IMG/VR virus record: IMGVR_UViG_3300033076_001137
Coordinates: 9,406 to 73,405 of that record
Strand: one strand, 5' to 3'
DNA: 64,000 nt
From: a virus
Taxonomy: Duplodnaviria > Caudoviricetes
Part shown: positions 19,348 through 27,227 of the stretch, piece after piece
How the letters are laid out: every line of letters starts with the position of its first letter
How positions within the stretch are numbered: position 1 is the stretch's first letter
Notes under the pieces: generated by a model
Told to the model about the DNA's origin: nothing
Seen by the model: the letters and a program-made list of their open reading frames with translations, nothing else
Databases searched by the model: none
Program-made: the position numbers and the translations under genes

Positions 19348-19354
19348 TAATTAT
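19348..19354 (-). promoter_or_regulatory. ATAnTTA putative late promoter (ATAATTA)
   Basis: 16 nt upstream of the endonuclease ATG. Confidence 0.6.
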
Positions 19355-19381
19355 CTCATTGTACGCATACTCATAAAGGAT

Positions 19382-19612
19382 TTAGCAGGGGTTATTCTTG
19401 TACCACTCAATGAGCTCGAGAATTCGTGGAAGCTCATCGTCGTCACAATCCTTGTAGCTTCGGCCGAGGCGCGCCTTCAACCTCTCCCAGATATGAGCGT
19501 ACGAGTTACGCTTCTTCAGGAACTTACAAGGTGGCAACTTACCGTCGAGATGATCGCCCGCGTCCTTCGCGAAAGCGCGAACAATCTCTATATTTTCTTT
19601 TGACAGGGCCAT
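19382..19612 (-). CDS. hypothetical protein
   Basis: 76-aa ORF with GGAGAG upstream. Confidence 0.7.
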   Translation of the reverse strand: MALSKENIEIVRAFAKDAGDHLDGKLPPCKFLKKRNSYAHIWERLKARLGRSYKDCDDDELPRILELIEWYKNNPC

Positions 19613-19633
19613 GACGCTCTCCTGTCGTAATAT

Positions 19634-19655
19634 TAGGGACGACCGTCCCTATTTT
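19634..19655. terminator. hairpin / putative terminator
   Basis: TAGGGAC-GACC-GTCCCTA followed by TTTT on the + strand. Confidence 0.55.
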
Positions 19656-19662
19656 ACCCGCC

Positions 19663-19896
19663 TCAACCACGTTCCTTGATACGCTTTCCCTTACGAAGGA
19701 CCACATCCTCGTACTCGAAACCAGCAGGACTTTGAGGATCCTTCGTCGTCTGGCCAGGTATAGCTGGGCGATCAATATCGTAGCCGCCGAGCTCGTCAAG
19801 CTCATCGTCTTGAACTATGAGCTTCTCCTTCTCACGATCGATGGATTCGATCTCCTCTCTCACTATCCTACGAAGAATTGACTCGCTGATGCGCAT
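19663..19896 (-). CDS. small acidic protein with N-terminal leader motif
   Basis: MRISESILRRIVREEIES... Confidence 0.7.
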   Translation of the reverse strand: MRISESILRRIVREEIESIDREKEKLIVQDDELDELGGYDIDRPAIPGQTTKDPQSPAGFEYEDVVLRKGKRIKERG

Positions 19897-19911
19897 GATG
19901 AACCTCGTTCG

Positions 19912-19918
19912 TAAGTAT
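19912..19918 (-). promoter_or_regulatory. ATAnTTA putative late promoter (ATACTTA)
   Basis: 16 nt upstream of the 19896 start. Confidence 0.6.
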
Positions 19919-20649
19919 TAACGCCGAAGCATCTTCTGCGGTCGCTCTCCGGGCTTTCTACGATTTCTCACGCGGCGTGTCTCGGGCTCCGGAAGATCGT
20001 ATGTCATTTGACCGCCGATGAAACCATTCGCGACCCATGCCAAGATGTCGTCGATAAGATTGGGATTTTTCCCCGACCATCCAGAAACGCGAGCGACATG
20101 ATCAAGAATCTCACGCTGCTTTCCTTCACCCCAGACCCACGCAGCCGTGCCCTTGATCTGTGACATTCTATCCTCAAGATCACTAGCAAGACGTTCCATA
20201 GAGGCGATATGCTCGTCTACAGGAGCGTCTTCAATGTCGATATCGAGCTCTGCAGCGATCTCCAGCAGTCGACCACCTTCGCGTTTCTCGAGGGCGGACC
20301 TGGCGTTCTGAAACATCTTCGATCTTTCGATTCGTTCACGCTCGCTGAGCTCTTCACGAAGCAGAGCGTCAGGATGAGTTTTCATCGAAATCTTTCGAAA
20401 GAGTTTGCGTTGCCAAGCAGGAATCTCGGCATCGGCCTCTGAAGATGTGTCTTCTTCACCGTCAGTCGATTGCGATTTATTTTGCTGAGGTTGTTTGAGA
20501 AGCTCACCAGATCGTGATAGGAGTTCGATCACTGCTCGCTGGAGCTGCCAGCCTCTGCGATCGAACTCCTCCTCGAGATCGTAGAGCTCTTCACGAAGAT
20601 AGCTGATCTTTAGTGATAGCTTCTTAAGTTTACGATCACCGTTACTCAT
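19918..20649 (-). CDS. J-domain (DnaJ-like) co-chaperone
   Basis: RKLFRKISMKTHPD helix II plus HPD motif, followed by helix III MFQNARSAL. Confidence 0.7.
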   Translation of the reverse strand: MSNGDRKLKKLSLKISYLREELYDLEEEFDRRGWQLQRAVIELLSRSGELLKQPQQNKSQSTDGEEDTSSEADAEIPAWQRKLFRKISMKTHPDALLREELSERERIERSKMFQNARSALEKREGGRLLEIAAELDIDIEDAPVDEHIASMERLASDLEDRMSQIKGTAAWVWGEGKQREILDHVARVSGWSGKNPNLIDDILAWVANGFIGGQMTYDLPEPETRRVRNRRKPGERPQKMLRR

Positions 20650-20697
20650 CTTGCTCCATCAAGAGCAAGAGTTCCTAGAGATCCGATGCTCTTTCGT

Positions 20698-20704
20698 TAA
20701 TTAT
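20698..20704 (-). promoter_or_regulatory. ATAnTTA putative late promoter (ATAATTA)
   Basis: About 50 nt upstream of the J-domain gene start. Confidence 0.5.
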
Positions 20705-21144
20705 CAGATGCTAGAGCTTTCAAGACCATCGATAAGCGTTGATTTGACCATAGCTTCGAACTTCTCAAGTTCCTGAATTCGAAGTTTACCCGTGCTCTTT
20801 ACAGCCTCCAGAGCGCGTCTCATTCCGTCTTGCGTGGCTTCCAATCTTACGATATCTTCTAAAGAGCTCTTTGAGTTGGACTCAAGAGCGACGATAATCG
20901 ATGTGATAGATCCAACGAGATGCTCAAATTTGGCCGCAGGATCGACAGAACAATTAGCTGAGCTTGTGAGGCTCTCCTTGAGCTCAGCGATGAGATCATT
21001 CGTCAGCTTCTCATTCGCAGAGACCGCCATCTTACGCTCCAAAATAACCTGATTATTCGTCTCCAGCTTGCTGATGAGCTCTTCTGCAAGACGAATGATC
21101 TCGATCGATGTTTGTCTGCTTCTATCTAACTCTTCCTGTGTCAT
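20704..21144 (-). CDS. coiled-coil hypothetical protein
   Basis: 146-aa helical ORF. Confidence 0.7.
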   Translation of the reverse strand: MTQEELDRSRQTSIEIIRLAEELISKLETNNQVILERKMAVSANEKLTNDLIAELKESLTSSANCSVDPAAKFEHLVGSITSIIVALESNSKSSLEDIVRLEATQDGMRRALEAVKSTGKLRIQELEKFEAMVKSTLIDGLESSSI

Positions 21145-21175
21145 GGTAGAAATATAACAGGAAAAAGATCAGATA

Positions 21176-21202
21176 AAACGGCGGAATATAATTCCGTCGT
21201 TT
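21176..21202. terminator. intrinsic terminator
   Basis: AAACGGCGGAAT-ATA-ATTCCGTCGTTT hairpin; followed by TTATCTGATCTTTTT on the minus strand. Confidence 0.75.
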
Positions 21203-21453
21203 CAGCTTTTACCGCGAAGAGCGCGCCAAATCTCGACGGGCCAAAGCAATGATTCCTTGTAACGATTGCGAATGTTAACTTTCATCTTCTGGCATTCGAT
21301 CTTGGTCTCCTTGGATCGGGCAGTGTTACCAAGGTCTACCAAAAAATTGAAAAGAATGATTTTCGAGACGAGAGAAGCGAATGAGATCGCAATGTACTCG
21401 ACAGGGATGACGAAGCAGAGAACGTACAATACGGTGGAATAATTTTCAGGCAT
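21202..21453 (-). CDS. small membrane protein
   Basis: Hydrophobic N-terminal half (VLYVLCFVIPVEYIAISFASLVSKIILFNFLV). Confidence 0.6.
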   Translation of the reverse strand: MPENYSTVLYVLCFVIPVEYIAISFASLVSKIILFNFLVDLGNTARSKETKIECQKMKVNIRNRYKESLLWPVEIWRALRGKS

Positions 21454-21468
21454 AATCAACTCCTGAGT

Positions 21469-21475
21469 TAATTAT
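21469..21475 (-). promoter_or_regulatory. ATAnTTA putative late promoter (ATAATTA)
   Basis: 16 nt upstream of ATG 21453. Confidence 0.55.
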
Positions 21476-21996
21476 TCGTCTTCATTATCCTTGTCGAGGC
21501 TTTCCGCAGCTTTCTTCCGAAGCTCTGATGCCTTCCTCTTTATTCTCAGAGATTCGGGCCTATCACCCAACTCTCGCTTAGCATCGATCGGTTCTTCGCT
21601 CGTCGCAAGAGTCTCAATGCGTTCAGCCTCGCGGAGGAGCGCGGTTCCGATTCCTTCGACGAGAGACGCTGCTGCGTTTAAACCCTCAGCGTATCCAGAG
21701 AGACGATTGCTCAAAGACGATTTGGAATCCCTTACGTTTCGAGCTGCGGTGAGGGCGTCATTGATCGATGAGGCCATCGACTTCAGCGCCTGGTCGGAAG
21801 GGAGGTTTCCCAGCTCGTAAACGCGCAGCGCTGGTATGAGATGACGTTCGATCTGATCAGCGAACTCGCGCGACAATGCAGCATCATGCTCACGGGTCTT
21901 GAGAGCGTCGCCCAGGACAGCACGTTTCTTTCGAATCTCGTCCGCAGCCGAGGTAAGAGCGCTTGACATGTCACGTTCTTTCTGCGATTTAATCAT
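21472..21996 (-). CDS. coiled-coil hypothetical protein
   Basis: Track ORF starts at 22053 inside a terminator; ATG at 21996 or 21969 is more likely. Confidence 0.65.
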   Translation of the reverse strand: MIKSQKERDMSSALTSAADEIRKKRAVLGDALKTREHDAALSREFADQIERHLIPALRVYELGNLPSDQALKSMASSINDALTAARNVRDSKSSLSNRLSGYAEGLNAAASLVEGIGTALLREAERIETLATSEEPIDAKRELGDRPESLRIKRKASELRKKAAESLDKDNEDE

Positions 21997-22037
21997 GTCA
22001 AATGATACGAACGAAAAGTGATCGAGTAAAACAGAAA

Positions 22038-22066
22038 TGGGGCGGGGACTCATCGTCCCCGCCCCA
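22038..22066 (-). terminator. intrinsic terminator
   Basis: Perfect 12-bp stem TGGGGCGGGGAC/GTCCCCGCCCCA with a 5-nt loop, followed by TTTCTGTTTT on the minus strand. Confidence 0.9.
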
Positions 22067-22112
22067 ACCCGTGAATGACCCGTTGCGGGGTCAGATCATC
22101 GGGTGGCCTTCA

Positions 22113-23753
22113 TCAGGCCTTCTGCATCACGACCACGTCGCCAGCCTCAAGACCGAACGCGAAGGAGAGGGCGCTGGACGTGAGAGTGTAGTCGTCGCCG
22201 GCGATCATGAGCTGACCGTTGACGAAGATGAGGGCGTTCGCCGCGCTCAGGGAGCTCATGAAGCTGATGTCGCCCGAGAACTCCGTGGACATGTCGTTGG
22301 TCGCTTCGACGGGCACTGTGATCTTCGCAACAGCCTTCTTGGGGGCCACGGCGGCGTCGAGCGCATCGATCTGGGACTGGAGGCCCTCCTCAACGCCCAT
22401 TGCGCGAGTCACCTCGTCAGCGAGGTCAGAAGCGAGAGCAGCCTCGGCGTCCGTTGCGCGAGTCACCTCGGCAGCGAGGTCGTCGGTGAGGACGCCCTCA
22501 GCGGTCTGAGCGCGGCTGACTTCGTCAGCGAGGTCAGAAGCGAGAGCAGCCTCAGCGGTCTGAGCGCGGCTGACTTCGTCAGCGAGAGCAGCTTCGAGGT
22601 TGGAGATGTCGGTGTCGATGGCAGAGACGTCGATGACGAGCTTGCCGGAGACAACGCTCACGCCCACGGAGCCAGAGCCGTCGATCAGAGCATCGAGGTC
22701 GGCGGCGTCAGCAGCGATGATCTCGCCTGAACCGTTGGACTTGAGGAGCGTCGCGCTCTGGACAGCGCTGGCCAGGATTGCAGCCTCGAGCTTCTCGGAG
22801 GCAACCCACTTGCTACCAGTCTCGTTCCACTTGATGGAGGCGAGCTCGGTGCCCTCCTGTCCACCAACGTAGAAGCCTGAGTCGTTTCCGACGTCGCCCG
22901 CTGTGGCGTTAGAAGCGACCACGAACGACTTGTCAGCGATCGAGACGATCGTCGAGTTCACTGTGGTTGTGGTACCCTGCACCGTGAGGTTACCGGCCAC
23001 CGTGAGTGCGCCACCGACGGCGACGTTATTGTCGAACTGAGCGCGATCTGCGAGGACGGGGCCGCTGAAGGATGCGCTAACAGCTGCAACCTCGCCACCG
23101 ACGACGGTGAGGAGCGTATGACCGTTGAAGGTACCAACCGTCAGGTTCGCGTGATCTTCGATGTTGGTGTTCGTGCCCGAGCCGCCGACGTAGTAGAGGT
23201 GACCAGCGGTGTCACCGCTGATCTTGATCTGGTTCGCCGTGACACCGCCGTTGAAGGTGGCAGCGCCACCGACAGTGAGGGCGCCGGGTGTGTAGAACTG
23301 ACCAGCGTTGACGCCCATGGAAGCAGAGAGCGAACCGGAGAGTCCGACCACGAGCATCGGCGCCATCGGATCGAGGATCTGGAACTTGTAGGAGCTCATG
23401 AGGTCGCCAGTGGAGCTGCCGAACACGAAGGCGCCGTTCTTGTTGAGGTCCTCGACCATCGCGTGGGAGGCTGTCACTCCAGAAGCGATGTCGAGTGAGC
23501 CGAGCACCTTGAGCTGGCCACCGGCAGCGGCATCAGCCTCGATGTGCTTCGCGAGGTCGAGGAGCTGGACCTTGCCGGCATCCGCGGGGACGTCCTGATT
23601 CCAGGTTCCACCGATGATCTCGGCAACCTGGGTCTTGAGTGCGTCAAGATCGTCGGAGAGAGCACCACCGGAGACGAGCTCGGCCTTGATCTGCTCTGCG
23701 CGGATCTTGGTGAAGGGGCTGGAAGCAGCGGGTGTGAAAGTCTTTGTAGACAT
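22113..23753 (-). CDS. fibre/spike-like virion protein
   Basis: 546 aa; beta-rich GGALTVAGNLTVQGTTTTVNST segments, a coiled-coil repeat, and a C-terminal IFVNGQL...DDYTL module. Confidence 0.7.
   Translation of the reverse strand: MSTKTFTPAASSPFTKIRAEQIKAELVSGGALSDDLDALKTQVAEIIGGTWNQDVPADAGKVQLLDLAKHIEADAAAGGQLKVLGSLDIASGVTASHAMVEDLNKNGAFVFGSSTGDLMSSYKFQILDPMAPMLVVGLSGSLSASMGVNAGQFYTPGALTVGGAATFNGGVTANQIKISGDTAGHLYYVGGSGTNTNIEDHANLTVGTFNGHTLLTVVGGEVAAVSASFSGPVLADRAQFDNNVAVGGALTVAGNLTVQGTTTTVNSTIVSIADKSFVVASNATAGDVGNDSGFYVGGQEGTELASIKWNETGSKWVASEKLEAAILASAVQSATLLKSNGSGEIIAADAADLDALIDGSGSVGVSVVSGKLVIDVSAIDTDISNLEAALADEVSRAQTAEAALASDLADEVSRAQTAEGVLTDDLAAEVTRATDAEAALASDLADEVTRAMGVEEGLQSQIDALDAAVAPKKAVAKITVPVEATNDMSTEFSGDISFMSSLSAANALIFVNGQLMIAGDDYTLTSSALSFAFGLEAGDVVVMQKA
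22390..22595. repeat. 54-nt (18-aa) tandem repeat, about 4 units
   Basis: tgcgcgagtcacctcg at 22401 and 22455; gcggtctgagcgcggctgacttcgtcagcgag at 22501 and 22555; encodes LADEVSRAQTAEAALASD-like units. Confidence 0.85.
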
Positions 23754-23986
23754 TTGTTTATTCCTTGTGTTAGAGATACACTATCGCACGTCGAACCCAT
23801 CCACCATTGGTAGGAACGAACGTACTCTCCAACCGAACACGAACTGGAACTCGGGAGCCAGCGTCGAACGCATGACGACCAGTCCCATCGAATACAATTA
23901 TACTCGATCGAACCAAACTTCTAACCGTATTCGAAAAAAACGTAACGAAAACAAACAGTTACAAATAACCAAACTGAGATACTATC

Positions 23987-24205
23987 TCACGCTCCGTACA
24001 GAGCCTTCTTCAACGCGCGAACCTGGGAATCGTACATGCTAAATTCACCGTTCACGAACTCAAGCGCGAGCATGGAGCAGGTGCCATCATCCTCGAATTC
24101 GAAGTTGAATCTTCCGCCGCTTGCCCTGTTAGCTGTGAGGAGCTTCCTACCCTTCATCTTCAGGAATGCTGCGAGTGCTAGATCTGATGTGTTGTACGTT
24201 CTCAC
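23987..24205 (-). CDS. small DUF5659-like protein
   Basis: TSDLALAAFLKMKG...FNFEF pattern; GTG start. Confidence 0.55.
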   Translation of the reverse strand: MRTYNTSDLALAAFLKMKGRKLLTANRASGGRFNFEFEDDGTCSMLALEFVNGEFSMYDSQVRALKKALYGA

Positions 24206-24232
24206 GGGTTGTTCCTTTACTTCCTGTGCTTC

Positions 24233-24239
24233 TAAGTAT
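24233..24239 (-). promoter_or_regulatory. ATAnTTA putative late promoter (ATACTTA)
   Basis: 28 nt upstream of the 24205 start. Confidence 0.6.
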
Positions 24240-24277
24240 TACTAATTTTCGTGCAACTTTGTTCATGTCAAAGAAAA

Positions 24278-25696
24278 TTAAGCGACGTATGAGTATGTCG
24301 CCCGCACCACATCCTCAGACATAACAGGGGCGCGAAAAATGACGTCTCGACCATTGAGGTAGTAGTCGTAATCATTGCCCTGCGTGAGCAGCTGACCGTT
24401 CAAGAATAGCATCAGGGAGCTGCTTGGATCGGGCTCATGTGGAAGGGTAAGACCTTCCATCATGTTGTTGACTATTGCTATCTGAGCAGGTGCTGCATTC
24501 ATAGCGTAGAGCTTCGCAGACACGTTTCTCGAGTACATCGCCCTTAGAACGTCTCCCTCTAAAGGAGCAGCTCCTGGAATCAGCGTGATCTGTTTGCCAG
24601 CAAGAGAGTAATCCAAACCCTGCGTGAGCAGTTGACCGTTGAACCAAAGCATGAATGAGCTCGGATCGACCGGAGCGTCAGTGAGCTCAAACAATAAATT
24701 TTGACCGTTTTGGACTCCTGAGGGAGAAGCGTTCATGACGAGCTCGGTCACGAAGCCCGCTGCGGATGTCACATTGGAGGTGATCTCAATTTGACCGTTG
24801 GAACCCGTGACGATCTTGATTCCAGTTCCAGCTTTCAGATATGGAGTTGTACCATCCGCGAGAGTAGTTAGCGATCCGCTTAGACCTCCGCGAGCGACAA
24901 TTTGCCCCGTGAATATTGATCCATCCAGAAGGGCTAGTCCGGTCTTATCCAGGGATAATGTGAGCGAATCACCGCTGATAGATCCATTGATGCCATCAGT
25001 CGCGATCACATTACGCGCAGAGCTTCCCGTAACAGTCGAAGAGATAGTAATCTCTCCGTTCGAACCTGTTACGAATGAGATTCCGTCACCGGCGGCCAGT
25101 GATAATCTTTCTGGGATGAAGCTAGTATCGAGAGATAGTGAAAGCTTTCCATCACCTGTCGCCGTCCCGATTAAACCGCTACCGGACGGGACGATGACAC
25201 CAGCTTCGGTGGCAGCTATGTAAGCTGCGTCAAGCGTGAAAGTGTAAGAGTTCGCAAGTCGATTGATCTTTACGCCAGCTCCCTCAATAAAATGTGGGAG
25301 GGTCGTCTCGCGATTGAGAGACAGTGTGAGTATCCCATTCGAGATCGATGATTCGAGACCGTTTCCGGGCTTGATGAGCGTCTCGATACCACCTGAAGAT
25401 GATCCTAACGAAACTGTGACCGTTCCGTTTCCTGTGTCAGAAACTTTCAAACCGTTACCAGCTCTAAGAGCCAGTGAACCGTCCGGGAGCTTCAACGCGC
25501 CGCGGACACCGCCAGCAACCTCCAGGGAGCCGTCTATATAGCCGCTGCCCTTGACCTTTAGAGACGTGTCCTTGTAACCGTCGATCCCGATCTGCAGCTC
25601 ATGAGGCGCGACGATCTTCGCGATATCTAGGTTATTTTTTTCCTTGACGACGATGAAGTCCTGCTTTCTAACGTCGTTCTTGGTGATTGGAGGCAT
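24278..25696 (-). CDS. virion structural/fibre-like protein
   Basis: Repeated (A/P)G(N/D)G(L/I)x(I/V) units and two C-terminal DPSSxMLxxNGQLLTQGxDY modules. Confidence 0.7.
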   Translation of the reverse strand: MPPITKNDVRKQDFIVVKEKNNLDIAKIVAPHELQIGIDGYKDTSLKVKGSGYIDGSLEVAGGVRGALKLPDGSLALRAGNGLKVSDTGNGTVTVSLGSSSGGIETLIKPGNGLESSISNGILTLSLNRETTLPHFIEGAGVKINRLANSYTFTLDAAYIAATEAGVIVPSGSGLIGTATGDGKLSLSLDTSFIPERLSLAAGDGISFVTGSNGEITISSTVTGSSARNVIATDGINGSISGDSLTLSLDKTGLALLDGSIFTGQIVARGGLSGSLTTLADGTTPYLKAGTGIKIVTGSNGQIEITSNVTSAAGFVTELVMNASPSGVQNGQNLLFELTDAPVDPSSFMLWFNGQLLTQGLDYSLAGKQITLIPGAAPLEGDVLRAMYSRNVSAKLYAMNAAPAQIAIVNNMMEGLTLPHEPDPSSSLMLFLNGQLLTQGNDYDYYLNGRDVIFRAPVMSEDVVRATYSYVA

Positions 25697-25704
25697 CTCG
25701 GCTC

Positions 25705-25711
25705 TAAATAT
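25705..25711 (-). promoter_or_regulatory. ATAnTTA putative late promoter (ATATTTA)
   Basis: 9 nt upstream of ATG 25696, right after a terminator. Confidence 0.55.
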
Positions 25712-25714
25712 GAC

Positions 25715-25739
25715 AAGGGACCGAATCGCTCGGTCCCTT
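25715..25739. terminator. intrinsic terminator hairpin
   Basis: AAGGGACCGA-ATCGC-TCGGTCCCTT perfect 10-bp stem. Confidence 0.8.
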
Positions 25740-25742
25740 TTA

Positions 25743-26126
25743 TCAGTAGCCGTCCCTCAATCTTCGGCAGATCTTATCATGCTTTCGAAGATACGCTGAG
25801 TGGAGCTCGTCGGGTGTGATTCCGACCAGCTTCAGTGTTGTGTAGAAGTACTTCATCGCGTCAACGATCTCCTCGAGAAATGCCTCCCGATCGAGATGAG
25901 GAACATCGGTCTGCCGATGCGACTTTGCATTCTTCAGCTCCTGGAGAGCCTCGAACATCTCCTCAACTCCTTTCAAGGTAACGTCCCTGAGGAGGATTTG
26001 AGATTCCTTCTTCGTCACATCAACGGGCCATTCTGGGTAATAGCCCTCGAAGCGTTGACACAGAAGATGCATAAACTCCTCGCGGAGCTCAAACATCTCA
26101 TCAAGCTTGTCAGCTGGCTTCGACAT
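25743..26126 (-). CDS. all-alpha NTP pyrophosphatase (dCTPase/dUTPase, T4 gp56/MazG-like)
   Basis: Acidic helices EEMFEALQEL and FLEEIVDAMKYF; C-terminal AYLRKHDKICRR. Confidence 0.75.
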   Translation of the reverse strand: MSKPADKLDEMFELREEFMHLLCQRFEGYYPEWPVDVTKKESQILLRDVTLKGVEEMFEALQELKNAKSHRQTDVPHLDREAFLEEIVDAMKYFYTTLKLVGITPDELHSAYLRKHDKICRRLRDGY

Positions 26127-26367
26127 TCCGCATGCCCTCAGCAGCTAGCTCATCGACACGTTCCTGGAGACGATGAACAGCCTCATTGAAAGCTCGATTA
26201 TCGTCATCGCTGATGGTGAGCTTCGAACCGTCAACAGTCAGTCGAAGGGTCCTGAGGTTGTCGATGATGTCAGTGCCTGTCAGGAGAGCGAGCTGAAGGA
26301 GGTCGACGATACGGACGATGGCATGATCTGAAAGGGTGACAGTGTTGTTAACTACAGTGCTATCCAT
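26110..26367 (-). CDS. hypothetical protein
   Basis: 85-aa ORF with GGAG upstream. Confidence 0.7.
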   Translation of the reverse strand: MDSTVVNNTVTLSDHAIVRIVDLLQLALLTGTDIIDNLRTLRLTVDGSKLTISDDDNRAFNEAVHRLQERVDELAAEGMRNVEAS

Positions 26368-26417
26368 GTGATTAGTCTCCGTTGAGATTATAGAAGGTGC
26401 ATGAGCAGTTTATAGGC

Positions 26418-27227
26418 TCAGCTCTGTCGAGTGGGTACCCACCAGGTGGTTCTTCCATCGAGAGTCTCCTCTCTTACCACCTCTTCTCCGTCATCATCTT
26501 TATCTCTTCCATAACAAAGAAACATCTCTCCGTAACCACCTGACTCGTTATTAAACCCTTTATATGATTTGATTGTCGCCCCCTGAGACTCGTATGAGTC
26601 CTTGAGCACTCTCTTGATGCTGTCGTTGAGAGCTTCGAACTCCTCCAGGCTCAGAGAGTCGACCTTTCGATGGGGAGAGAGCCGGGCCATCCAGAGCGAA
26701 TCAGCCTTCACGTAGTTGCCGACCCCGGCGATCACGCTCTGATCCATGAGAGCCTGCGCGAGGGTCCACTTCGGCTTTCGCATCATCGCGGCCTGGAAGC
26801 GCTCATGGGTGACATCATCGCCGAGCATATCGGGTCCCAGCGACTTCAGCTTCTGGGAAAGCATCCGCCGACCCTGGGACCACTTCAGAGTCCCGAAGTT
26901 CCGGGTGTCATTGTAGTACACGTCCGTCCCATCGTCGAGGCTCAGACGAACTCTGGCGTGGTTGGAAGCGCTTCCTGACCAATGACCTGTCATGCCTAAC
27001 GTCGACCACAGCGATGAGTCACCGCCATCGAGCAGGATATAGATGAATTTACCATGACATCCAGCACCGATGACCCGTTTAGGAAGCTGGGCAACAAGGT
27101 CAGCGTAACCATCGAACGGCTTCTTCTTGTAGCGACCCGATAGGATCTCGATTCTCTCGATTGTCCGGCCCGACAGCACATGAGCAAGAGCTTCGGCCGC
27201 CAGCTTACATTCCGCGCCCTCAGGCAA
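26418..27227 (-). CDS. Fpg/Nei-family DNA glycosylase/AP lyase with a zincless finger
   Basis: N-terminal MPEG, GKF, LGMTG, D.RNFG, LGPD, MDQSVIAGVGNY (H2TH); C-terminal GRTTWWVP..Q without the four Cys. Confidence 0.9.
   Translation of the reverse strand: MPEGAECKLAAEALAHVLSGRTIERIEILSGRYKKKPFDGYADLVAQLPKRVIGAGCHGKFIYILLDGGDSSLWSTLGMTGHWSGSASNHARVRLSLDDGTDVYYNDTRNFGTLKWSQGRRMLSQKLKSLGPDMLGDDVTHERFQAAMMRKPKWTLAQALMDQSVIAGVGNYVKADSLWMARLSPHRKVDSLSLEEFEALNDSIKRVLKDSYESQGATIKSYKGFNNESGGYGEMFLCYGRDKDDDGEEVVREETLDGRTTWWVPTRQS

Noticed and set aside
22390-22595. Possible CRISPR array or DGR template/variable repeat
   Set aside because: The repeats are in-frame 54-nt coding units without unique spacers; no cas or reverse transcriptase gene is in the window, and no adenine-specific mismatch pattern is evident
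24241-24271. TTGACA -35 box upstream of the DUF5659-like gene
   Set aside because: No matching -10 hexamer at 16-18 nt spacing; the ATACTTA motif explains the site better
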